From a virus (lineage: Duplodnaviria > Caudoviricetes), in the IMG/VR virus record IMGVR_UViG_3300037602_000179, positions 1 through 36,691 of that record: a stretch of DNA of 36,691 bases; one strand, written 5' to 3'. Under the pieces are notes generated by a model. It worked only from the letters and a program-made list of their open reading frames with translations. It was not told the DNA's origin and searched no databases. Below are positions 26,490-35,628 of this stretch, piece by piece. The position numbers and the translations under genes were made by a program. The number at the start of each line of letters is the position of its first letter. Within the stretch, counting starts at the first letter, position 1.

Positions 26490-27683
26490 TTAAGCTGTTG
26501 AGCTTAGATCAAACCCACTTGCAAAATCTTGCTGCTGGACTTGTCGGCTCACAGCTTCTTTAGCAAGCTCATAGGCAAGATCTAAATTTTTAGGGTTGTC
26601 GAATTCTCGAAGCTCTTTAACTTTTTCATCAGATAGATCAAGTCCAAGAGTTTCCTTAAGCCAGTCTTGCTCTAGGACGACATCATAGTGCTGGAAAGAA
26701 AGCAGGCTCTTGCCAGGTTCAATATGGTCGCTTAAGCACTCTCCTGTAAGGTCTCCAATTTCAGAATTAATCGGCCAGCTTTGGTTGGGGTTAGAAAGCC
26801 ATTGCAACAAAGTGAGAACCATAGTTTCATTATCAGTTATGAGCCCCTGAAGCGCATCAATGGCCATGATGCCCGCAACCCGTTTGTGCATTTTTTCTGC
26901 ATCATATTTATTTCTATAGTGCCCCGTGCCAACAGAAGTTATTAGAAGGTTATCAGGTCCAAGTGGCCAATTGAAACCATATCCTTTAATACCAGCAAGC
27001 ATGAGGCTTTGTAGCGCTGGGTTGTTATGCGGTGAAACACCGCCATCAATAAAAGCACCAGGTTTTTCTCCCTGCACAACTTCAAAAGATTTGTGGGCAA
27101 AATAATAAGGCGCTGCCGTGCTGGCACGTACCAGGTTGGAGAGTTTATAGGATTTATTACCGATATAATCTGGCTTGCCTGTTTCTGGATTATCAGCAGG
27201 ATCATTCCAAAATTTTGAATTTGGGTTATTGGTCAAAATCCACGGGCTGCCCGTATCCAACCTTTTCATCATGATGGCCAAACCAGTTTTTAACTCATCT
27301 GAGTCTAATGTGAGACCTTGTAATTCTTCTTCTATGCGTTTTGTTAATTGTCTTTCATTAAATTTTGGCGCCAGCCCGCCAATGCGATACCATGGTTTTT
27401 GAAAAATTTTCGGCGCCCAATCTTGAAACCGTTCTTTAACATAAGCTGCTGTTTTTCCTTGAGCTAACAAGGTTGCCAACATTGCACCAACGGAAGTGCC
27501 GCTAATGAGGTCATAATAATCTGACAAGCGAAAATCATCGCCTTTTCCTGAGCGTTCTTTCAAGATCTTTTCAATTTCTTCCAAAAAGGCAATGGTAATA
27601 ATACCGCGCGTACCACCGCCAGATAATGAAAGTACGCGTTTTGGTCCAGGCTGTTCAATTCTTGCTTTGATATTTTCGGACAT
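26490..27683 (-). CDS. Patatin-like phospholipase
   Basis: Intact GGGTRG oxyanion loop, GTSVG nucleophile elbow, ASTAAP and catalytic DGG. Confidence 0.93.
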   Translation of the reverse strand: MSENIKARIEQPGPKRVLSLSGGGTRGIITIAFLEEIEKILKERSGKGDDFRLSDYYDLISGTSVGAMLATLLAQGKTAAYVKERFQDWAPKIFQKPWYRIGGLAPKFNERQLTKRIEEELQGLTLDSDELKTGLAIMMKRLDTGSPWILTNNPNSKFWNDPADNPETGKPDYIGNKSYKLSNLVRASTAAPYYFAHKSFEVVQGEKPGAFIDGGVSPHNNPALQSLMLAGIKGYGFNWPLGPDNLLITSVGTGHYRNKYDAEKMHKRVAGIMAIDALQGLITDNETMVLTLLQWLSNPNQSWPINSEIGDLTGECLSDHIEPGKSLLSFQHYDVVLEQDWLKETLGLDLSDEKVKELREFDNPKNLDLAYELAKEAVSRQVQQQDFASGFDLSSTA

Positions 27684-27801
27684 CTGTCACCCCACGTACA
27701 AAACGGAACAATAAAGACAAGTCATATTTTTCCTGTATTATAGAGGTGAAAAAAGAAATGTCTTGTTTGTTTTAAGGTGAACCCGCAAGAGGAAGAGAAG
27801 C

Positions 27802-28419
27802 GTGGCAAAAAAAACAATCAAACAAGTTAAACCAATCATAATTGGCGTGACAGGGCATCGCAATCTAAATAGCAATGATCAGAAGCTCATCAAAAAAATC
27901 ACAGGTGAGCTTCGCTCCATAAGAGATGCTCATCCGGGAGCCGAATTTGTTTTGCTTACTGGGCTTGCCGAAGGTGCTGACCGGTTGGTCGCAAAATTAG
28001 CAATAAAAGAACTGAAGGTAAGGCTAATTTCTGTTCTAGCTGTGCCAGAAGAGTTTTTTGTGATGGATTTTACTGATGCGCAATCGAAGCGGCAATTTAA
28101 AAACTATTTGAAGAAATCAGATGAAGTTCTAACGGCACCTTTGCTCTCTAAAAAAGCCTGGCAAAACTATTCACCCTCTCGCAACAACCAATATGCTTGG
28201 ATCGGAGCCTTTATTGCATTGACCTCAAATTATCTGATCGCAATTTGGGATGGCAAACCTGCTCGCGGACGTGGTGGCACGGCGGAAGTTGTTCGTTGGT
28301 TTAAACATGGGCGCATACCAAAGTTGATGCTAACAGAAATGACCCCAAATATGCGCAAAGTTGGTTTGAGAAAGCGAGACAAGAAATCAGTTCATGAGTT
28401 TGTGCATGTAAAGGTTTAG
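27802..28419 (+). CDS. Stand-alone SLOG-superfamily (YpsA-like) nucleotide-binding protein
   Basis: IGVTGHR, TGLAEGAD and LIAIWDG....G.GGTAEVV motifs. GTG start with a purine-rich RBS. Confidence 0.78.
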   Translation: MAKKTIKQVKPIIIGVTGHRNLNSNDQKLIKKITGELRSIRDAHPGAEFVLLTGLAEGADRLVAKLAIKELKVRLISVLAVPEEFFVMDFTDAQSKRQFKNYLKKSDEVLTAPLLSKKAWQNYSPSRNNQYAWIGAFIALTSNYLIAIWDGKPARGRGGTAEVVRWFKHGRIPKLMLTEMTPNMRKVGLRKRDKKSVHEFVHVKV

Positions 28420-28564
28420 AAGAAAGTTAAAAGAAGGTGGACAATAAGAATAGCTAAAGATCAATATCCTACTGAGCAGTCTGTTCAATAAAACTAAAAA
28501 GCTTTCATCTTCTATACACATCCGGATATAAAACCTGTATGAAGACATGCCTTAAATACAAGGC

Positions 28565-28813
28565 TCAAGCGTTCATTTCCCAAATCAATTTCTCTCCATT
28601 GTTTGAGATTGTTACACCATGCTTATTGAGGGCGGTAAGTATTTTCTCAACAGTTTCAACTTTTGCGGTTAAGACCTGTTTTTCCACTTCGACACGTCTC
28701 AAGGTAGAGATTGCAACACCCGCTTCATCTGCCAATTTTTGATGAGTGAGACCTGCCGCGACTCTAGCAACTTTAATTTGAATTCCCTTGATGACAATCA
28801 TTCTCATATCCAA
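28565..28813 (-). CDS. Small XRE-family HTH protein
   Basis: QIKVARVAAGLTHQKLADEAGVAISTLRRVE...AL..HGV pattern. Confidence 0.8.
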   Translation of the reverse strand: MDMRMIVIKGIQIKVARVAAGLTHQKLADEAGVAISTLRRVEVEKQVLTAKVETVEKILTALNKHGVTISNNGEKLIWEMNA

Positions 28814-29187
28814 TCAGTCAGACTTTTACTTGTTTAGACCATAGTAAGAATCATTTTTAATTAAAAAAAGCAAAATTTTACTTTTTGAAGTATAAAAATA
28901 ACTGTTTTAAAGTAAAAAATTGTATAATTTATAGTCTAAATGTATTTAGTATGTATATTTTCTTTAAAACATAATACAATTACGAAAAAAAGATTGTCAA
29001 TACAATAGTACTACTTTAAAAGGGATATTATACATGTGATATCAATTTTATTTATGTTTATAAATAATTATTTTATTGTATAAATATGTTGTATATAAAT
29101 AAATATGATAATAAAAACCAATTAATGAATTTAATATTTTTGTATTAGTTAAATTATTAAGTAATGCTTGTGTTTAAAGGGTGTGGT

Positions 29188-30618
29188 ATGGAGTATTTAG
29201 TGTAGCCAGTTGTTTTATCTGGTGGAAGCGGAACACGCTTATGGCCTTTATCAAGGTTGTCTTTCCCAAAACAATTTTTAGACCTCGTTGGTAAGACATC
29301 TCTATTTCAAAAAACTATACAAAGAGTACAAGGTAAGCAGTTTTTATCCCCTTCTATTATGTGTAACTCAGAGCATCGCTTTATAGTTGAGGAGCAGCTA
29401 GGCAGAATTAATGTTAAAGCTGATAATATAATACTCGAGCCAGTTGGTAGAAATACAGCACCAGCTGTTTTATCGTCAGCTCTGTTGGCTTCTAAAACAA
29501 ATGAAAATCAATTAATACTTATATTACCTTCAGATCATTTAATTGAAGAAGAGTTGCAGTTTCAAAGTTTAATTACTTCTGCTGTACCTGCAGCTTTGGA
29601 CGGTCAGGTAGTCTTGTTTGGTATTGCACCGACTTCAGCCCATACAGGTTACGGTTATATTGAAGTTACAAAAGAGAAAATAGCGTCCACGAACATTGTG
29701 AAAAAATTTCACGAAAAACCGAGTGGATCTCTAGCCAAACAGTATATTGCCTCAGGGGATCATTTCTGGAATTCAGGAATATTTTTATTTAAAGCGCAAA
29801 CTATTATTGAAATCTTTGAACATTTAGAGCCAAAGATGGTTGAGTTATGTCGAGCTTCAATTGAAGAGGCTGAAAAAGATTTAGATTTTATCCGCTTAAA
29901 AGAAGTACATTATAAAAAATGTAAAAATATATCACTTGATTATGCTGTCATTGAGCAAATTTCAAACATAGTTTGCAGCCCATGTGAATGTAAGTGGAGC
30001 GATCTGGGGTCATGGAGTTCAGTAAAAGATATTACGCCATCAAATGATGAAGGTAATTCAAAGCAAGGTGATGTGCTATTTGAAGATAGTAGCAATTGTT
30101 ATGGCTATAGCTCTGATGGAAGAAAAATAGCCTTTGTAGGAATGGAAAATACCATAGCCGTGACTACAAAGGATGCGATTCTAATAACCTCTAAAGAAAA
30201 GTCCGAAGATGTTAAAGCGATTGTAGATAAAATCAAACACACAAATTGTGATAGTGCAATCCATCATAAAAGAGTGTATCGCCCATGGGGGTGGTATGAG
30301 AGTTTGGATAATGATGATCGCTACCAAGTTAAGTGTCTTATGGTAAAGCCAGGGGCAAAATTATCTTTGCAAAGTCATCATCACAGAGCAGAGCATTGGG
30401 TTGTCGTCTCTGGTTCTGTCAATGTAACGGTTGATGATGCTATTTCTCTCCTTTCGGAAAACCAATCTACCTACATCCCAATTGGCGCAACTCATCGATT
30501 AGAAAATCCAGGAAAAATACCCGCTCTCTTAATTGAGGTACAATCGGGAAGCTATCTGGGCGAAGATGACATAGTCCGCTATGAGGATGTTTATGGGCGG
30601 GTTGAAGTTGATGCTTAA
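29188..30618 (+). CDS. manC: Mannose-1-phosphate guanylyltransferase / mannose-6-phosphate isomerase; in-frame TAG at 29203-29205 (possible pseudogene)
   Basis: PVVLSGGSGTRLWPLSR (upstream of the ORF-track start), FPKQF, EPVGRNTAPA, WNSGIF, WSDLGSW and cupin RPWG...HHHRAEHWVVV. Confidence 0.92.
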
Positions 30619-31459
30619 AGCGGTGAGTGAGAACATAAATTCAAAAAGTACAACAAAAATAATCACAGCAAATAACTTACCTCGGATGGCGGTGAGTGAT
30701 TTGTTGGAAGGGCTAAGAAACCATCAGCTTTGGTGGGTCTTTGCTGTCCACGATATTAAGCAGAGATTTCGTAGATCTATGCTTGGTCCGTTTTGGTTGA
30801 CTTTGAGTATGGGAATCTTTGTTGGCTCTTTAGGGTTTGTAATGAGCCAATTGTTTGATCAAGATATAAAAATTTTCGTACCTTACCTTGCAACGGGTAT
30901 TATCTTCTGGACACTCCTAACAACAATCATCACGGAGGGGTGTGCAAGCTTTATCGCAGCTGAAGGCTACATAAAAAATGTGCCTATGCCTTTAAGTGTT
31001 CATTTCTATCGAATGGTAGCACGCAATAGCATCATATGGTTGCACAATATGGTGATATATCTATGCGTGTTTGCCTTATTTATCCATGCAGTCTCTTTAA
31101 ATAACTTGCTGTTTATCCCAGGCTTCATTTTGTTTTTAGCGAATGCAATTTGGATTGGCCTCATGGCAGCTATTTTATCTACTCGTTACCGTGACATCCC
31201 TCAGGTCATTACTAGTTTTATTCAAGTGGTATTTTTTGTCACCCCAATTTTCTGGTCGGTAGCGACCTTTCCTGAAAGACCAGCATTTGTTGATTGGAAC
31301 CCCTGTTATCATTTGCTCGAAATTGTAAGGGCTCCTTTATTAGGTCAAACACCGCATAACCTATCCTGGCTGGTAGCAACAGGTTTGCTGAGTGTTGGTC
31401 TCCCAATAACCTTGTATCTTTATCGCCGTGCCTATGCGCGCATTCCATATTGGGTGTAG
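30611..31459 (+). CDS. wzm: Polysaccharide ABC transporter permease
   Basis: DIKQRFRRSMLGPFWLTL, RYRDI.Q, FFVTPIFW and NP..HLLEIVRAPLLG motifs. Start is uncertain (30611 or 30686). Confidence 0.9.
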   Translation: MLKAVSENINSKSTTKIITANNLPRMAVSDLLEGLRNHQLWWVFAVHDIKQRFRRSMLGPFWLTLSMGIFVGSLGFVMSQLFDQDIKIFVPYLATGIIFWTLLTTIITEGCASFIAAEGYIKNVPMPLSVHFYRMVARNSIIWLHNMVIYLCVFALFIHAVSLNNLLFIPGFILFLANAIWIGLMAAILSTRYRDIPQVITSFIQVVFFVTPIFWSVATFPERPAFVDWNPCYHLLEIVRAPLLGQTPHNLSWLVATGLLSVGLPITLYLYRRAYARIPYWV

Positions 31460-31468
31460 GAGATCGTT

Positions 31469-32182
31469 GTGGCGCATATTTCAATTAAAAATCTGACAGT
31501 AGAATTTAAGGTCTATGGCTCAAGCTCGCGGTCTTTAAAGAACCAAATCTTATCACAAGCAACAGGCGGCAGAATTGCTGAAAACACTGATGATGCGGTG
31601 ATCGTAAAAGCTCTTGATAATGTGTCCTTGGAAATCAATGACGGTGATCGCATAGGTCTTGTGGGTCATAACGGAGCAGGGAAGTCCACTCTCCTTCGTA
31701 CCCTAGCCGGCATCTACAAGCCAACATCTGGTTCAATTGAAATTGAAGGAACAGTTGGAACTTTAATCGATCCCTCAGCTGGCATGGATTTAGAAGCAAC
31801 AGGCATAGAAAACATCTATTTGCGGGGCTTTGTACTTGGGATGAGTAAGGGAGAAATTGATGAAAAAATTGAGGGAATAGCTGAGTTTACTGAGCTTGGT
31901 GACTTCTTACATCTACCAGTAAAAACTTATTCAGTAGGCATGTTCTCCCGATTAGGATTTGCAATCTCAACGGCCATTTCTCCAGATATATTGTTGATTG
32001 ACGAGGGAATCGGCGCTGGTGATGCTGGTTTTATAGAGAAGGTTAATAAGAGAATGAATGAGTTTTTATTTAAAACAAAGATCATTCTTTTTGCGTCACA
32101 TAATCAGCAATTGCTGGATAGTATTTGCCATAAGAAACTACGCGTTGATACTGGCCGTTTATTGGAAATGAAACATGCTTAG
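31469..32182 (+). CDS. wzt: Polysaccharide ABC transporter ATPase
   Basis: Walker A GHNGAGKST, YSVGM..RLGFA signature, Walker B LLIDE. No C-terminal carbohydrate-binding domain. Confidence 0.92.
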   Translation: MAHISIKNLTVEFKVYGSSSRSLKNQILSQATGGRIAENTDDAVIVKALDNVSLEINDGDRIGLVGHNGAGKSTLLRTLAGIYKPTSGSIEIEGTVGTLIDPSAGMDLEATGIENIYLRGFVLGMSKGEIDEKIEGIAEFTELGDFLHLPVKTYSVGMFSRLGFAISTAISPDILLIDEGIGAGDAGFIEKVNKRMNEFLFKTKIILFASHNQQLLDSICHKKLRVDTGRLLEMKHA

Positions 32183-33503
32183 TTCAAAGAATGAATTGTC
32201 AAATGAGTCAGTGTTGATTGATGGGAAAAATATGTCTCTTCATCATGGAACGGGTATAGCGACATATGCAAGGAATTTATGTTCAATAGTCTCTGATTTG
32301 GATATTAAGGGACATGTCCTATTCGGTGAAAATTTTCCAAAACAAAAAAAAGCAATTCATTCAGAGATTGCATTCTTTGATCATAAATATGATGAGGGAA
32401 GGTTTGAAAAACAACTAAGAAGAATTTTAAATGCTAAATCCTATATTTTTCCGCCAAAACCTTTTCAGATTTCAATGAGTGATAGGGTTATAAAAGATAA
32501 TTTTAAGAGCCAACTACCAATTGCGCATCAATATTGGAATGCGAGCAATATTTTTGATACGAGCGTTATTTCTTTTCATTATTTAGGGAAGATGCAAACG
32601 ATTAAAAATCCAATGAATGTGCCAATTGCACATTGGACATATCCTGTTCCTTTAAAATTAGAAGGGGCAAAAAACATATATACCATTCATGATTTGGTTC
32701 CTCTTCGGCTTCCTTATACAACATTAGACAGAAAAAAAAGCTTTTATAAAATGATTGAAACTATCTGTGCGCAGGCGGATAAGATCATAACGGTCTCAGA
32801 GCAATCGAAAAAAGATATACATGAATTTTTTGGACTGCCTGATGAAAAGGTCGTTAATACGTACCAACATGTAGATATACCAAAAAAATATTTAGAGGCA
32901 AAAAAAGAAGAAATTCAAGCATCTATTAAAGGTCTGTTTGACTTAGATTATAAAGAATACATTCTTTTCTATGGTGCTATTGAGCCTAAAAAAAATGTAG
33001 GACGATTAATAGAAGCCTACTTGGCGTCTGGTCTTGATATCCCACTCGTTATTGCAGGAAAAGATGGGTGGTTGGTTGAGAATGAGTTGAAATTTCTAGA
33101 TGCTCCAGCGGTAAAGTATTTAAAGACCGAAGGGGGGGTAACAAAAGAAAAGAGTAAAATCATCCGGCTGAACTATGTTCCCTTCCCGCAGCTAGTCAAT
33201 CTTATTCGAGGTGCAAAATGTGTTGCGTTTCCATCTCTGTATGAAGGTTTTGGTCTTCCAATTGTTGAGAGCATGATTTGTGAAACGCCAGTTTTAACAA
33301 GCAATTTAGGGGCGACAAAAGAAATCGCAGGTGAAGCCGCGTTGCTGGTCGACCCATATGACGTGAGAAGTATTAGGGATGGTTTGTTGAAAATGATTAG
33401 TGATGAAAACCTATTAAAATATAGAAGTAGTAAAATGGCAAGCAATATTCAAAAATTTTCAAATCATAAAATAAAGGAAAAAATAAGATATATTTATAAT
33501 TAG
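32175..33503 (+). CDS. Glycosyltransferase family 4 (WbpX/mannosyltransferase-like)
   Basis: GTGIATY, TIHDLVP, GAIEPKKN and FPSLYEGFGLPIVESM motifs. Confidence 0.9.
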   Translation: MLSSKNELSNESVLIDGKNMSLHHGTGIATYARNLCSIVSDLDIKGHVLFGENFPKQKKAIHSEIAFFDHKYDEGRFEKQLRRILNAKSYIFPPKPFQISMSDRVIKDNFKSQLPIAHQYWNASNIFDTSVISFHYLGKMQTIKNPMNVPIAHWTYPVPLKLEGAKNIYTIHDLVPLRLPYTTLDRKKSFYKMIETICAQADKIITVSEQSKKDIHEFFGLPDEKVVNTYQHVDIPKKYLEAKKEEIQASIKGLFDLDYKEYILFYGAIEPKKNVGRLIEAYLASGLDIPLVIAGKDGWLVENELKFLDAPAVKYLKTEGGVTKEKSKIIRLNYVPFPQLVNLIRGAKCVAFPSLYEGFGLPIVESMICETPVLTSNLGATKEIAGEAALLVDPYDVRSIRDGLLKMISDENLLKYRSSKMASNIQKFSNHKIKEKIRYIYN

Positions 33504-33566
33504 GGCATTTAATCAGAAAAACAAATTTAAGGAAATTAGTAGCTTTTACAGCTTTTAGAGGTATGG

Positions 33567-34424
33567 ATGTTACACAGTGATTTGAGGGATATATTTTCTA
33601 CCTACAACAGGTCTGAAATAGAAGCTTTAATTAGAAGTGAAACTAGGGCTTGTTATATTGGAAATGGATTAGTCCTCTGTATAGTTTTAGGCAAGTATAA
33701 ATTCTTTTTAGATTCTTCCGATATTGGTTTTTCTCCTCATCTTATTTTTGATGGATATTGGGAGTTTTGGCTAACCCAATTTATGATTGAGAATATTAAA
33801 CCTGCTGACAAAGTTTTAGATATTGGTGCAAACCATGGTTATTATTCGGTTTTAATGGCGGATTTGGTTACTGATCTAGGTTGTGTTCATAGTTTTGAGC
33901 CTAACCCCCATATCTTTAAATTAATGTCTAATTCTCTATCGATTAATGGATTTGGTGGAAGAAGTATTCCTTGGAATTACGCGATATCTAATTCTAAGGT
34001 AGAGCAGTTAGTTGACTTTTTTGTACCTAACGGAGAACCGAAAAATGGAAGATTTCTCTTTGAAAATGAGAAAGTGTCTGATTTCAATGATTTAGGGGAG
34101 GTAACAAAAGTAAAAAGCCGTAAATTTAATATTGACGAATTTGGTGGTGTGGATTTTATTAAAATTGATGTTGAAGGAGCTGAGGTTATTGTTCTTAATT
34201 CAATTTCAGAAATGCTGTCTATGTACAATCCACACTTAGTTGTAGAGGTGAATTTTTCAAGAGGTTATACATATGAAGATGTGCTCAATCTAACAAATTC
34301 AGAAACGCTATTACATCATTTGGATTTTGATGGAAATATTAAGCCCTTAACTATAGAGCAAAGTCAAGTAGAGCGTATTAATGATGATTGGTTAGTGTAT
34401 TCAGGGCCTTTAGTGTCTAGTTAA
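33567..34424 (+). CDS. FkbM-family SAM-dependent methyltransferase
   Basis: VLDIGANHGYYS, SFEPNP and DFIKIDVEGAE motifs. Confidence 0.9.
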   Translation: MLHSDLRDIFSTYNRSEIEALIRSETRACYIGNGLVLCIVLGKYKFFLDSSDIGFSPHLIFDGYWEFWLTQFMIENIKPADKVLDIGANHGYYSVLMADLVTDLGCVHSFEPNPHIFKLMSNSLSINGFGGRSIPWNYAISNSKVEQLVDFFVPNGEPKNGRFLFENEKVSDFNDLGEVTKVKSRKFNIDEFGGVDFIKIDVEGAEVIVLNSISEMLSMYNPHLVVEVNFSRGYTYEDVLNLTNSETLLHHLDFDGNIKPLTIEQSQVERINDDWLVYSGPLVSS

Positions 34425-34452
34425 CTAAATAGTATTAATGGCTCTTTCTTAA

Positions 34453-35502
34453 TTAGATTAAAGCGCCACTCCAGCAAGACTCAATTTGCAACCAACCGCC
34501 ACCTCCTGAACGGCCTCCGCAAAGAGTGATAATATCATTTCTATTCAGGAGCAAAATGCTGGACAAAGAAAGGCTATGATAGTCAGTCGAGTGGTTGCTG
34601 CCAATAATAGTATGGCCTAATTGAAAGTTTTCGCTGCTACCATTTCGTCTTAAAAAAAGGCGAGCCCAAGAACCTGAGGGCATACCATCAAACCGTGCTG
34701 TTGCCGTAAATAAATAATGGCCATCTGTTGGTGCAGTAAATGTAGAGTTGGATTGATTATAATGCCCGCCATTATTTTCCAAAACTGTATCAAAAATTAA
34801 ATTTTGTGCATCATTTTGAAAAGTTTGACTAGCTGAAGGTGATGCCCTAAAGGATGGTCTGTTCGGTATTGTTAAAAAGCCATCGCGAACCCGCATTACA
34901 TCCGTCCAATTACTACCATCCCCGCTTACCTTCAAATGAAAGTTATCATCACCCGTCAAGCCCATCTCGGCACGCCCTGAAAATCCTGTCTGGAATAACA
35001 GGCTAGCAGTATCTGTCTCTGTATTTTTATTGACTTTTAATTGATGGTCACTTCCTTCATGGTTTAAAAGTGTTGCAGGTGAGTTGACGGACAATCTGTT
35101 CGTTAAATCAGCAGTAGCATTTACGCCAACCAAGGAAGTGGGATTAGTGGAGGCGGTACCGCCGGAACCAGCACTCCCCCAATCATTTCCATTCCAAACT
35201 AACAAGAGGTCTTCATCTTCAACCCAACACAACCACCCCTCTTGCGGCGTGTAAAACATCCAAGAGCCATCCTGCCATGCTGCAATTTGATTGTCCTTTC
35301 CCAGCCACTCATCTGTTCCGTTAGCTCCAACGATAAAACGATCTCCTTCATTCAAAGATGAGGGCGGCAGCGTCATAGATTGACTGATAGCAGATAACTG
35401 AATAAGCGCATCAAGAGCGAGAAGAGCATCATTATGAGTTACATGTTTTTGAGCTTGGCTAGGGGCCATGAAAGGTAGCTGTAAGTTAGATGTTTTGTAC
35501 AT
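34453..35502 (-). CDS. DUF2793 domain protein with C-terminal C1q-like domain
   Basis: LPF.APSQAQKHVTHN.AL..LD, W.F..P.EGW and LLFQTGFSGRAEMGL.GDD (DUF2793). FD.V..N.GGHYN...STFTAP.DG.Y.F (C1q). Confidence 0.85.
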   Translation of the reverse strand: MYKTSNLQLPFMAPSQAQKHVTHNDALLALDALIQLSAISQSMTLPPSSLNEGDRFIVGANGTDEWLGKDNQIAAWQDGSWMFYTPQEGWLCWVEDEDLLLVWNGNDWGSAGSGGTASTNPTSLVGVNATADLTNRLSVNSPATLLNHEGSDHQLKVNKNTETDTASLLFQTGFSGRAEMGLTGDDNFHLKVSGDGSNWTDVMRVRDGFLTIPNRPSFRASPSASQTFQNDAQNLIFDTVLENNGGHYNQSNSTFTAPTDGHYLFTATARFDGMPSGSWARLFLRRNGSSENFQLGHTIIGSNHSTDYHSLSLSSILLLNRNDIITLCGGRSGGGGWLQIESCWSGALI

Positions 35503-35628
35503 TTCGGTCTCCAATAAAAGTTAAATTTATTATTGGTGAGGCTATGGTTGGTGGGGACAGATTCTAACAAATTTGACATTAACAACCCGTGTATAGGAAA
35601 TTAGTGCGTGATATATGGTATAATATTT

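Noticed and set aside
28820-29185. Very AT-rich stretch as replication origin or ncRNA
   Set aside because: No DnaA-box or iteron array and no stable structure seen. It is adequately explained as the divergent promoter region of the XRE gene and manC.
29203-29205. Genome-wide TAG recoding or pyrrolysine
   Set aside because: Neighbouring genes (SLOG at 28419, wzm at 31459, GT4 at 33503) end normally at TAG.
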